From assembly GCA_963669175.1 (NCBI GenBank), contig OY769902.1:1440001-1504000 (forward strand): DNA of 64,000 nt, read 5' to 3'. How positions within the stretch are numbered: position 1 is the stretch's first letter; the number at the start of each line of letters is the position of its first letter. The translations under genes were made by a program, and so were the position numbers. The stretch comes from a bacterium (GTDB lineage Bacteria; Electryoneota; Electryoneia; Electryoneales; Electryoneaceae). Under the pieces are notes generated by a model that saw nothing but the letters and a program-made list of their open reading frames with translations, had not been told where the DNA came from and searched no databases. Below are positions 41,598 to 51,097 of this stretch, piece by piece.

Positions 41598-41941
41598 ACG
41601 TTGCTCCCCGAGGTTGGATGGATGAAGCAATCTTTATCTGCGCACGTGTGGTGCGCGATATCCCGCAACAGCGGGATGAATCAGGTCCAATATAGGTTGT
41701 ATCCTGTTCTTCAAAGCCGCGAACTCCGGAAAGAAAAGATAAGCTCAGCCGGGGGGATGGACAAGGTGAGGTATCTCTAAACTGGATGCGGAAAAAGGAT
41801 GCGGAGCAGTCAGGCAATGGTCCACTAGATTCATCGTGCCGTACTGATGGCTTGAATATCCTCACCTGAATACCGCTATCATCCTGTTCATTGAGGAATC
41901 GTTATTGAGGAATCGTTTGCGAGAATACTACAACTCAAGGT

Positions 41942-42032
41942 GTGTGGCCCGGTGTGCTTGCACCCGGGCGGTTGTAAGCAGATCATTCTGAAAGGCATTA
42001 CAAAGCCCGGGTGCAAGCACACCGGGCCACAC
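41942..42032. repeat. REPIN-like doublet: perfect 28-bp inverted repeat whose arms are themselves hairpins
   Basis: GTGTGGCCCGGTGTGCTTGCACCCGGGC ... GCCCGGGTGCAAGCACACCGGGCCACAC. Confidence 0.85.
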
Positions 42033-42081
42033 GTCTGTGAATGCAGAAGAATGAACCAAATTCTGAAAAATGTTTATGTCC

Positions 42082-42738
42082 CTACACAAACTCCAGTTCA
42101 ATCTCCTGTTTTCCGGCCTGGAACAGGATCAGGGCCTGGAAAATATCAGCCACCATTATGACCAACCCACCCAACGGCGCGAGTATAACCGTACACATCA
42201 GGCTGGCTCCGACAATCGTAGTATAAGCCATCACTTTTTTGTATCCGTTCAACTCGTCAGGAATGCGCAGAAGACGTACGCCAAACATGATACTCAAAAC
42301 ACCGGCAGGGATTACCAACATGAACAGGATAGCAAGGATGGGAAGCATAAAGCTGATCGCTTCCTTCTTTGACAGATGATCAAAATCAACTACAGTCTGT
42401 ACCCCGGCCATGACGATGCCGAATACGCTTGCGGCAACAAACATGACAATGATCGCTGTAATCAGGACATCCACATCATGGAAATCAAACAGATCATGTA
42501 ACATACGCTTGAACCAGAGGATGCCATATATCGTACACCAAACCTGGGCAATGGCAAGTAACAGCAGGAGAGGAAGGAGGAACATGCTTTCCTGCATCCC
42601 GGCAAGGTTGGCAAACACTCTTAACCCGGTAAACACTGCTGTCAGGATCACAGAAATAATGGTCGCCCACCCGGCTTTCTCGTATTGTGCAGCATGCATA
42701 GTTTTTCCTCCTCCATCTGTTCCTTGTGGCTCGGACAT
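42082..42738 (-). CDS. Hypothetical integral membrane protein
   Basis: About 6 hydrophobic segments; SD GAGGGGG; follows the HTH gene. Confidence 0.75.
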   Translation of the reverse strand: MSEPQGTDGGGKTMHAAQYEKAGWATIISVILTAVFTGLRVFANLAGMQESMFLLPLLLLLAIAQVWCTIYGILWFKRMLHDLFDFHDVDVLITAIIVMFVAASVFGIVMAGVQTVVDFDHLSKKEAISFMLPILAILFMLVIPAGVLSIMFGVRLLRIPDELNGYKKVMAYTTIVGASLMCTVILAPLGGLVIMVADIFQALILFQAGKQEIELEFV

Positions 42739-42767
42739 GATGGTTCCCCCTCGTTCTGACTGATCAC

Positions 42768-42980
42768 TCAGACAAAATCAGGCACGTATTCCAGGAGGTC
42801 GCCCGGCTGACACTCCAGCTCACGGCAAATCCCTTCCAGGGTGCTGAAACGGATGCCCTTGACCCGTCCTGTCTTCAACAACGACAGGTTGGTCACCGAT
42901 ATGCCGACACGCTCGGACAATTCAGTCAGGGTCATCTTCCGTTGGACCAGGATCAGGTCCAGTTTTACCTCGATAGCCAT
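42768..42980 (-). CDS. XRE/Cro (YozG-like) HTH transcriptional regulator
   Basis: MTLTELSERVGISVTNLSLLKTG..KGIRFSTLE.IC..LECQPGDLLEY. Confidence 0.92.
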   Translation of the reverse strand: MAIEVKLDLILVQRKMTLTELSERVGISVTNLSLLKTGRVKGIRFSTLEGICRELECQPGDLLEYVPDFV

Positions 42981-42985
42981 GGTTC

Positions 42986-43040
42986 AAGATAGCTCGTGTT
43001 TTTACGAAAGTCAAGGATTTTTTTATGTAAAACATAAAAA
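42986..43040 (-). promoter_or_regulatory. Sigma70 promoter (leaderless) plus upstream palindromic operator
   Basis: TTGACT (43014-43009), 17 nt, TATCTT (42991-42986), 5 nt, ATG; palindrome TTTTTATGT-AAA-ACATAAAAA at 43020-43040. Confidence 0.6.
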
Positions 43041-43181
43041 CTTTTACCTCTGGCATGGTAAGAAGAATTGTAAAGGAATACAAAACTTCGAGATTCTGGC
43101 GTAGTGAAAATGTGATGCAGCTCTCATGGACCCACCCTGCATTCAGGGGTATCTTGTTTGCACACCTACTGGGGAGGTCTC

Positions 43182-44468
43182 ATGGAATATGCTCGTATTG
43201 TTGCAGCCCTTCTGTTATGTCTCGCACTTGCTTCCTTCGCTTATTCTCAAGATTCCACATCTGCTGCCAACGATCCTGCACTTGTCGATGGGGTCCGTAT
43301 AATCCCGCTCGCAGAGGATCACTATCTTTTGCATGTGGAGGAGGGCAACACTTATAACATTCTCGCGGTCACCGCCCCGGATGGCGTGCTTCTGGTGGAT
43401 ACGGGATTGCCGAACCTGGCGGAACGTGTGCAGCACGCTCTCGAGAGCATCACGGATCAGCCGGTACGGATCGTGATCCTGACTCATGGCCATGGCGACC
43501 ATGTTGGCGGTCTGCCGGTATTGGGGCCGGATGCTGTGATACTTGCGCATCAGAACGCCCTGATGGATGTTTTCTTCAGCCTGGAAGCGTTACCACGGAT
43601 TCAAGGCAATGTGGTCCTGGTGGAGGATACCCTGGAAGTGATGTTCAATGATGAGCGGATACGTATTGAATATGTGCCGAATGCTCACACAACCAGCGAC
43701 CTGATCGTTCATTTTACCGACGCGAACCTGGTTGCCGTGGGTGACCTGGCGTTTCCGTTCAAGTATCCTTATGTCGATTACAGCTATGGCGGTGTTTTCA
43801 TTACTTATATGGCGAATATTCTTCGTATGGCGGACGATTTTGATCCCGGGGCGACCGTTGTTTGCGGGCATGGGGTACCTTGTAGCTGCGAGGATCTTGT
43901 CGCCTACCATATGCAGTTGGAGAAAAATGTCGGGTTGCTCAAGCTGAGTTTGGATCGTGCGGAGACCTACCAGCAGATTGAAAAGAGCGGTATTCTGGCT
44001 GAATGGGACGATTACGCTTCCGGGTTCATCGATCAGGAATTCTGGATTCGACAGGTGCATCTCGGTCTGGGACAGGCGGATCAGCTTGATTTATGGGGAG
44101 AACAGAAGCCGACAACCATCCATGAGCTGGCGACAGAAGCGTTCATGCAGACCGGGCCGGATCACATGGAACGAGTTATTCGCAAAACCTTCGCGGAAGA
44201 GAACTCTCCCATCGAAACGTCATCCAATGACCTGGTAATCCTTGGCTATAAGCTGCTGCAACGTGAACATGTCGAGGCCAGCCACCGTGTATTCCGCATC
44301 CTTGCCGATGAATATCCCGATTACTGGAATGCGTGGGATTGCCTTGGCGAAGTTGAGCTGATCATGGGGGATACAACGAATGCCGTGGAGCACTACAACA
44401 AATCCCTGGAGTTGAACCCGGATAATACCAACGCTGTTCAAGTGCTGGAAGGATTGAAAACCGAGTAG
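43182..44468 (+). CDS. Secreted MBL-fold metallo-hydrolase with C-terminal TPR
   Basis: LLVDTG, THGHGDHVGG, AHT..D, VGDL, CGHG; YPDYWNAWDCLGE...YNKSLELNPDN. Confidence 0.88.
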   Translation: MEYARIVAALLLCLALASFAYSQDSTSAANDPALVDGVRIIPLAEDHYLLHVEEGNTYNILAVTAPDGVLLVDTGLPNLAERVQHALESITDQPVRIVILTHGHGDHVGGLPVLGPDAVILAHQNALMDVFFSLEALPRIQGNVVLVEDTLEVMFNDERIRIEYVPNAHTTSDLIVHFTDANLVAVGDLAFPFKYPYVDYSYGGVFITYMANILRMADDFDPGATVVCGHGVPCSCEDLVAYHMQLEKNVGLLKLSLDRAETYQQIEKSGILAEWDDYASGFIDQEFWIRQVHLGLGQADQLDLWGEQKPTTIHELATEAFMQTGPDHMERVIRKTFAEENSPIETSSNDLVILGYKLLQREHVEASHRVFRILADEYPDYWNAWDCLGEVELIMGDTTNAVEHYNKSLELNPDNTNAVQVLEGLKTE

Positions 44469-44472
44469 CGGA

Positions 44473-45056
44473 GAAAAATGGGACTTCTACCTTTTCATCT
44501 TTATCAAATCAGGGCTTTGAATCAAGAGTTTCCGAAAAGGTAGCTGTACCAGATTGGGCTGCTCACAAGAATTTGTGCATATTATCGACGAGCACATTTC
44601 GTCAGGTCTTGACGTGATGCCTTTTTCTTGTTCTTCTCCGCAATTTCAGACACCTGTCCGACTTCACAGCTGCTATTTCGCATGATAGATCGTCATCAGG
44701 CATCACATTGTGACCTGACGACAGCGAGAGCGCTGATACCGGTGGCAGGTCACAACGCGACAATAACAGGACGAGAGGTGGTTTCAGTATCATGTGCATT
44801 CAGAAATATATTGCGAAAGCCGAAAACGGAATGTCGCGTCAAGACCTGCCACAACTTTGCCCGGATGCACAAATTCTTGTGAGGAACCCCAGATTTTTCG
44901 CCAGCTTTATTACGAGATCAGCCGGAAAATCCTGGGATAACTATCTTTTCTACTATTTGTTTACATTTTAAGGTCGGTATTCATCTGTACGACCCATCAT
45001 TAACCTTGTGTTCAAATATTGTCTCTTGCAGAAAAGTGTAGCAGTCCCGATTTCCC
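44473..45056. repeat. Family B REP quartet, copy 4 (degenerate), interrupted by a MITE
   Basis: AAAATGGGACTTCTACCTTTT, AAAAGGTAGCTGTACCAGATT|TTT, CTGGGATAACTATCTTTT, AAAAGTGTAGCAGTCCCGATTT. Confidence 0.6.
44556..44889. mobile_element. 334-bp MITE with ~25-bp terminal IRs and 6-bp TSD CAGATT
   Basis: GGGCTGCTCACAAGAATTTGTGCAT ... ATGCACAAATTCTTGTGAGGAACCC; CAGATT at 44550-44555 and 44890-44895. Confidence 0.8.
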
Positions 45057-45219
45057 TTTTTGGCCCCGCCGGCTAGAAACACGCCGTAGCTTGCGAAGGC
45101 GGTTGCCCGGCGTTGGTCTATTTTAAATTATTTTAAGAAGTTAGTCCACTTGTTGTTTGTTATGTATTTATTAAACTGACCAGGTAATCGCTGCCGGGGT
45201 TGATCATGCGGAGGATGGT

Positions 45220-46158
45220 TCACTTCCTCAACCGCTTCAACCACCTCGCCAACAGGCCGGTTGCTGTGGCGACGCCGACCAGCACAATCGCAGTCCCACC
45301 GATCAGCGGTAGGTCTACCGGTTCATCGACCAGCCACCACGCGCCAAACGCGGCAACAATCGGAACCAGGTAGATAAACGAGCCCGCTTTCGCCGCAGGC
45401 AGACGTTTCAAAACCCATGCCCACAAGGTGAAACCGTAAACCGTACAGCCAATCGCAAGGAAGAGAAACGCCACTGTCAGGTCTATCGGGGAATGAGTGA
45501 CCTCGGTGACCAGGTCGCTGTTAATGGTGAACAGCAGTGGTAATGAACCGAGGGTCATGGAGGTTGCAGTTGTCTGCGCAGCTCCGAGCCGTTGGGAATA
45601 ATGACGCAGGCCGGTGGTGAAGATACCCCATGACAGAGGCGCTCCGAGGGTGATCAGCACGCCAAGCAGGGTGCTCATGCGCAGTTCCGGGGCGCTGTTA
45701 CGTCCCAGGACCACGATTGCAATCCCGCTCAAGCCGATAACCAGGCCGATCCAGGTACGCAGCGGCGGGATTTCTTTCAGGGACAAGGCTGCGACCAGTG
45801 CGATTGAGGTTGGGTTCAACGCAATCACCAACGCCGCCAGTGAAGCCGGGATCAGGCTTTGCCCCGTATTCAATGCGAAGTTGTAGCCAAGGGTGCCAAC
45901 CAGCCCCATCAGCAGCAGCATGCTGAAATCACGCCAGGGATGCAAAAAAGCCGGGTTATTCCATAGCCGCGTCAGTGTAACTACAGCGATAGGCAGGAAA
46001 ATGGGCAGGACAGGCAGGAAACGCAGTGTGACCAGTTGGGCCGGGGAGACATGTCTCAGCCCGACCTTAATTGCAATAAAAGAAAAGCCCCACATCACGA
46101 TAACACTTAGAGCGACTAACGTGATGGGGGCATCCAGTTCACGGTTGCTGTCGCTCAG
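45220..46158 (-). CDS. DMT/EamA family transporter (probable CTG start at 46158)
   Basis: [24 protein letters not shown]; the frame stays open 20 codons upstream of the GTG at 46098 and completes TM1. Confidence 0.85.
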   Translation of the reverse strand: MSDSNRELDAPITLVALSVIVMWGFSFIAIKVGLRHVSPAQLVTLRFLPVLPIFLPIAVVTLTRLWNNPAFLHPWRDFSMLLLMGLVGTLGYNFALNTGQSLIPASLAALVIALNPTSIALVAALSLKEIPPLRTWIGLVIGLSGIAIVVLGRNSAPELRMSTLLGVLITLGAPLSWGIFTTGLRHYSQRLGAAQTTATSMTLGSLPLLFTINSDLVTEVTHSPIDLTVAFLFLAIGCTVYGFTLWAWVLKRLPAAKAGSFIYLVPIVAAFGAWWLVDEPVDLPLIGGTAIVLVGVATATGLLARWLKRLRK

Positions 46159-46481
46159 TCGACCACCTTCTCCAGCATGGCAACCAAACGCTGCTTCGGT
46201 ACTGCACCCACTACACGCTCAGCTTCCTGCCCGTTCTTGAAAAGAATCAGGGTAGGAATGCCTCTGATGCCGAGTTGAGTGGCACGGTTCGGATTGTCAT
46301 CCGTATTGACCTTGGCAACTTTGAGCTTGCCATTGTAATCTTCTGCGATCTCTTCAACTACCGGCGCAACAATGCGGCACGGGTGGCACCAGGGCGCCCA
46401 GAAATCCACGAGTACCGGAAGGTCAGCGTGTAACACTTCCTGGTCAAAGGTCGAATCGGATACTTCCGTATACTTGCCCAT
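46155..46481 (-). CDS. trxA: Thioredoxin
   Basis: [15 protein letters not shown]; [14 protein letters not shown]. Confidence 0.95.
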   Translation of the reverse strand: MGKYTEVSDSTFDQEVLHADLPVLVDFWAPWCHPCRIVAPVVEEIAEDYNGKLKVAKVNTDDNPNRATQLGIRGIPTLILFKNGQEAERVVGAVPKQRLVAMLEKVVD

Positions 46482-46558
46482 CTTTTTCTCCTGTATTTCA
46501 ATGACAGTCTTTTGACACGTTTGATGTGTACAAGCCCGTCATGATACTCCCCATTCCG

Positions 46559-46789
46559 CTATTTGTCTCCCTTGCTCCTGTTGCAAAGGCTCCAACTGAA
46601 AAGCGGACCGCCGTTCCCGGTGCTCTTTCCGTTGAAAACATACGCCGGGCAGAAACCAGCAAATCCTGTCAGGAGAGGGATCGCGCCAAAGGCTCCCCAC
46701 CACTTTTTAAAGCGGATTCCCAGAACGATTACAGTAAGCCCAACAAGGATTCGCAAGATGCGATCAAAACCACCAACATTGCATGTCAT
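46559..46789 (-). CDS. DUF2892 (YgaP-like) small membrane protein
   Basis: NVGGFDRILRI..G; PLLTG..GFCPAY; SD AAGGAG. Confidence 0.85.
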   Translation of the reverse strand: MTCNVGGFDRILRILVGLTVIVLGIRFKKWWGAFGAIPLLTGFAGFCPAYVFNGKSTGNGGPLFSWSLCNRSKGDK

Positions 46790-47033
46790 GACCAACTCCT
46801 TTCGTTATCAGGTGTAAATTATCCCAGAAAGTAAGGTTTCCCAAAACACCAGACAACCGCATTTGAGACGCAGATGCACGGTTGCGGAGCGAATCAGTCT
46901 GTCCGCTTGACGAGACGAAAGCCAGAGAGCTACCTTCCGAATCCATAAAAAGGGTTACAACCTGCCTCCATCCGAACATGCGTATGGAAAGCAGATTGCC
47001 TACCTTTCAGCAGATTGGACCGGGACAAAAAGC

Positions 47034-48383
47034 ATGGCGAAGATAAAACCGAGAACCTTTAAGGGAACAAGAGATTTTACCCCTGCCGAGATGATACCAA
47101 GGGAACGCCTGATCAATACGATCAAGCGTGTATTTCAGACCTTTGGTTTCAGCCCCCTGGAGACTCCTGCACTTGAGATGCTGGAGGTTCTGGCCGGGAA
47201 ATACGGTGAAGAGGGCGATAAACTTCTCTATAAGCTGGATTACAAAAATGATCGTCCCGGGGATCGTGTCGCTCTTCGCTATGATCTTACCGTACCGTTA
47301 GCCCGTCTGGTCGCTTCTCACCCTGAATGGCCGCTTCCTTTTAAGCGGTACCAGGTTCAACCTGTCTGGCGTGGGGATAAACCCCAGATCCGCCAGGGAC
47401 GCTTCCGTGAATTCTACCAGTGTGACATCGACACCATCGGCGCGGACGAGGGATTTGCCGATGCGGAAATCATCGCGCTGACTGTGGCCATGCTGGATGA
47501 ACTGGGATTCAACGAGGGAGACCGTGAAGCGGTTGTTCTTCTCAATCACCGGAAAATCCTTGAGGGGCTGACCACCTTCGCCGGGCTGCCTGTCGAAAAG
47601 ATGCCCGATTTCTGCCGGATTCTCGACAAACTGGATAAAATTGGCAAAGAAGCGGTCTTTACTGAACTGGGCAACATCGGTGTTTCGACCGCATCACTGG
47701 ACCAGCTTGACACTGTATTCAATACAACCGGAAATAACCAGGAACGCCTGGAAGCGTTGACGTCGCAGTTGGCCGATTCGCCTGCAGCTTTGCAGGGAAT
47801 CGAAGGACTGCAAACAATACTGAATTTGCTCGATTCCATGCAGATCAACCCGGAGCGGGTCAAGTTTGAAGCACGGTTGGCGCGTGGGCTTGATTATTAT
47901 ACCGGGGCAGTCTGGGAAGCGATATTACCGAAGCAGCCGCATATTGGCAGTCTGAGCGGTGGCGGCCGTTATGATGAGCTGATAGGATTGTACAGCGGGC
48001 GTGATCTTCCGGCCGTAGGCGCGACCATCGGCCTGGACCGTATGTTTGCCGCGATGGAACAGCTCGACATGGTCGAAAAGCTGGGTGGTACGGTTACCAG
48101 GATTCTTTTGACTGTTTTCAGCCCGGAGGAACGTGCTGTAGCGATCAGGATGCTGGCCGAGTTCCGTAAAGCCGGTATTCCTTCGGACCTGTTCCCGCAA
48201 GGCGGCAAGATGAAGAAAGCATTCTCTTATGCAGATAAACTGGGAATTCCCTTTGTAGGTGTCCTTGGGCCGGATGAAGCGAAGATGGATCCGCCCAGGC
48301 TAACATTGAAGGACCTGTCGGATGGGTCACAGGAAACTGTCAGGGTTGAAGAAGCGATTCAACGGATACGTGGGGTGCTATGA
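47034..48383 (+). CDS. hisS: Histidine--tRNA ligase
   Basis: KGTRDF, LRYDLTVP, GRFREFYQCD, LARGLDYYTG, GGGRYD. Confidence 0.98.
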   Translation: MAKIKPRTFKGTRDFTPAEMIPRERLINTIKRVFQTFGFSPLETPALEMLEVLAGKYGEEGDKLLYKLDYKNDRPGDRVALRYDLTVPLARLVASHPEWPLPFKRYQVQPVWRGDKPQIRQGRFREFYQCDIDTIGADEGFADAEIIALTVAMLDELGFNEGDREAVVLLNHRKILEGLTTFAGLPVEKMPDFCRILDKLDKIGKEAVFTELGNIGVSTASLDQLDTVFNTTGNNQERLEALTSQLADSPAALQGIEGLQTILNLLDSMQINPERVKFEARLARGLDYYTGAVWEAILPKQPHIGSLSGGGRYDELIGLYSGRDLPAVGATIGLDRMFAAMEQLDMVEKLGGTVTRILLTVFSPEERAVAIRMLAEFRKAGIPSDLFPQGGKMKKAFSYADKLGIPFVGVLGPDEAKMDPPRLTLKDLSDGSQETVRVEEAIQRIRGVL

Positions 48384-49363
48384 GTAAGGTTCTTGTTCTT
48401 GGTGGGGCCGGGTTTATCGGCCATCATGTTGTCCGCGAATTGCTTAAAAAGGGCTACGAGGTTCGTGTACTGGTAAAACCGACCTCGGACACATCACTTC
48501 TCAAAGACCTTCAAGTCGAGATGATCAGTGGTGATTTCGAGGAAAAAGGCAAACTGGCTGAGGCTCTGGAAGGGTGTGAGTACCTGATCCACAGCGCCGG
48601 GCATTACCCGGTGTATTCCCTGCAACCGGCAGAAGATGTCCGGCGGGGGCTGAACCAGATCGCACGTATTCATCATGTCCTGTCCAAGGTGAAGGTGAAG
48701 CGATTCCTGTTTGTATCCTCTTTGACAGCTATCGGCAAATACCCGGATGGACGTCCGGAAGACGAAAACGCTCCCTATCCTGTACAGCGTGACCGTAGCG
48801 CCTATTGCCGTGCCAAACGAGCCATGCAGCAGATGGTGCTGGCGCGCGCCCAGTCATTCAACACCGTTGTCGTAGCGCCAACAGCCGTGTTGGGTGAAGG
48901 TGATCTGAAGGCCTCAACCGGACGTTTGCTGGTTGACGTTGCCAAGAAGAATGTGAAAGCGGCCGTCTCGGGCAAAACGAACGCTGTCGATGTGCATGAT
49001 GTGGCGAAAGGGATTGTGCTTGCGCTGGAAAAAGGCCAGACCGGGCGTGTATATGTCCTTGGCGGGGAAAACATGACCACCCCCGAACTGATACGTCGTA
49101 TCGCAAAACAGGCAGGCGTACCGGAACCCAGGACGGTAATCTATCCCTGGTTGTTGATTCCCATCGCCTGGTTGTCAGAAGTTCTTGGACGGACCTTTCG
49201 GCAGAAGAAACCGATTCTTCCCCAGGTTGGGCTGCATTTCTCATTGTTTGGCGAGGAGCTTTCCAGCGCCATCGCAGAACGTGAATTGGATTACACAACC
49301 GGCCCGGTCGATGCAGCGATCAAACGCGGCCTGAAATGGTATAGGGATAACGGATTCCTTTAG
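48380..49363 (+). CDS. NAD-dependent epimerase/dehydratase (HpnA/DFR-like extended SDR)
   Basis: GGAGFIG, YCRAK, VDVHDVAKG; ATGA overlap with hisS. Confidence 0.9.
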   Translation: MSKVLVLGGAGFIGHHVVRELLKKGYEVRVLVKPTSDTSLLKDLQVEMISGDFEEKGKLAEALEGCEYLIHSAGHYPVYSLQPAEDVRRGLNQIARIHHVLSKVKVKRFLFVSSLTAIGKYPDGRPEDENAPYPVQRDRSAYCRAKRAMQQMVLARAQSFNTVVVAPTAVLGEGDLKASTGRLLVDVAKKNVKAAVSGKTNAVDVHDVAKGIVLALEKGQTGRVYVLGGENMTTPELIRRIAKQAGVPEPRTVIYPWLLIPIAWLSEVLGRTFRQKKPILPQVGLHFSLFGEELSSAIAERELDYTTGPVDAAIKRGLKWYRDNGFL

Positions 49364-49390
49364 ACAAAAAACAAGTTCTCTGATCAATAG

Positions 49391-49427
49391 AAACCGGGAT
49401 TGACCAAAAATGGTCAGTCCCGGTTTT
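49391..49427 (+). terminator. Rho-independent terminator
   Basis: AAACCGGGATTGACCA-AAAA-TGGTCAGTCCCGGTTTT. Confidence 0.8.
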
Positions 49428-49583
49428 GTGTTTCAACGCTGATACATTCTGTTTTGTTCACGGCTGAGCTTCGCACCCCGTAAACTTCGCTACGGTTCGT
49501 TGAGGATGACAGAATGTGACATTGTTTTCGAAGATTGCTTTTGCATCCGCAAGAACGTAGCATTCAGCTGGGGATGAGCGTTA

Positions 49584-49798
49584 TCCACCTCGAAGAGGTG
49601 ACACATGAATAGCGCGGGCCGTCAGCCCCGGGAGAAATGTATCTGCACCAGCAATTGTCCCCGAAGGGTACACACATCATTTTCGTTTACAATGATCGCC
49701 GGAGTGTTGTGCGATCCCTTCGGGATCGAAATGGGAGGTGGTTGAGGTTATCCCGGCGCTTACGAGCCGCGCTATTCAAGTGGCCCACCTTCGGTGGA
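49584..49798. repeat. Family A REPIN-like element (full, two inverted arms of three hairpins each)
   Basis: CACCTCGAAGAGGTG / TGAATAGCGCGG / CCCCGAAGGG mirrored by CCCTTCGGG / CCGCGCTATTCA / CACCTTCGGTGG. Confidence 0.75.
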
Positions 49799-50178
49799 CT
49801 TTAATTTTCAGCCAGTCAGCCACTAGATAGTCAACCCTTGGCCGGTCAGATCATCAACCCGTCAGTGGACAGTTGGCGAGAGGATAGTTTTTGTGGGTTG
49901 CATGAATATTGTTGCATGGACAGCAAAACATCGAGATCCCCGGTTGATCCCCGACTACAACATTCGGGGAGGGGGGGGATGACATGATGCGACATTCTTT
50001 CCGAGTACCACTAGCCCGAATATTTCATGAACGGAACATGGATATTCATCTTAACACAGTTCATATCAACACAATACAACTGATTCATACAGCATTTTTC
50101 AGGGGACAGTTTGCTCCGGTATCCCTTTGCGTGTCTATTCCCTGTTTCGCTGGCAAAATAGGCTGAGAATCGGCAACC

Positions 50179-50425
50179 GCCCCGGCAGGGGCAACCTGTA
50201 TTAGCCCCGGGCAGCCGCCGTCAGTTTGGCGGCTACCCGGGGAGATAATGCGCATCATATATTTACTCCGGAAGGAGTAACCTGATAATTATCAAAAGTA
50301 TACAGTGGAAATATTCAGGCAACCCGCTGCCGGGGTTGGCAAGTAGCGTACATCCTATTCCCACCGTGAGCGCCAAACAGACGGCGCTGGACGGTGGGCT
50401 AATACAGAGAACCACTGCCGTGGTT
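50179..50425. repeat. Family A' REPIN-like element
   Basis: GCCCCGGCAGGGGC..CTGTATTAGCCC..GCCGTCAGTTTGGCG mirrored by CGCCAAACAGACGGCG..GGGCTAATACAG..AACCACTGCCGTGGTT; same architecture as 62602-62903. Confidence 0.7.
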
Positions 50426-50514
50426 CTTGTACTGGCCATTCCATCAAATACCAAATTTGAAATTGCATTGGTGAAATATTCGGGCTAGTGGATAGCGAAC
50501 CTGCACTCTCATTA

Positions 50515-51054
50515 TTACAGGTTTCGTGATTGCTGACGTAACGCTTCAGCAATCTCCGGATGCAGTTTCCACCGCCCATCAACACATACATGCTTGTCCC
50601 AGGGAAAGATGACCAGGGCATCGATTCGCAAGGCCACGTGATGCGGTGTGGGATTGGCCCAACTATGGCTGATCAGGCAGGCAGTGACCACTCTCTCGGC
50701 GCCGAGTTCCTGCACCCGTTTGGCAACCAGGGCAAGGGTTTCACCTGTGTCGGCAATCTCGTCCACGACCACAACAGCTTTTCCGGCTACCTCTTCTGAA
50801 ACATCCACTTTCCAGACAGGGTGATCAAACACAACGGTATCGTTTTCACGTCGCGTAATACGGACCGGGTACATCTCTTTTCGGAGCGCACAGGCAATGG
50901 CGGTGGCAGGAATCAACCCGGCACGAGCGATACCTACAACAGCATCGATCTGCATGGAGGAAAGTGTCTCGGTCAGTTTCCCGGCAAGCTCGGCAAACCG
51001 TTCCCAGGTAATTTCTTCTACACCCTCACGGTTCGCATAGTCATAGCTCTGCAT
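50515..51054 (-). CDS. Type I phosphoribosyltransferase (Gpt-like)
   Basis: VVGIARAGLIPA; VVVVDEIADTGETL; IFPWD. Confidence 0.9.
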   Translation of the reverse strand: MQSYDYANREGVEEITWERFAELAGKLTETLSSMQIDAVVGIARAGLIPATAIACALRKEMYPVRITRRENDTVVFDHPVWKVDVSEEVAGKAVVVVDEIADTGETLALVAKRVQELGAERVVTACLISHSWANPTPHHVALRIDALVIFPWDKHVCVDGRWKLHPEIAEALRQQSRNL

Positions 51055-51097
51055 TCCTCTATCTCTTTCAGATAACGAGGGTCGCAATGCCAGTTCA

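Noticed and set aside
39345-41780. 811-aa ORF on the + strand
   Set aside because: Antisense shadow of acnA; no recognisable motifs.
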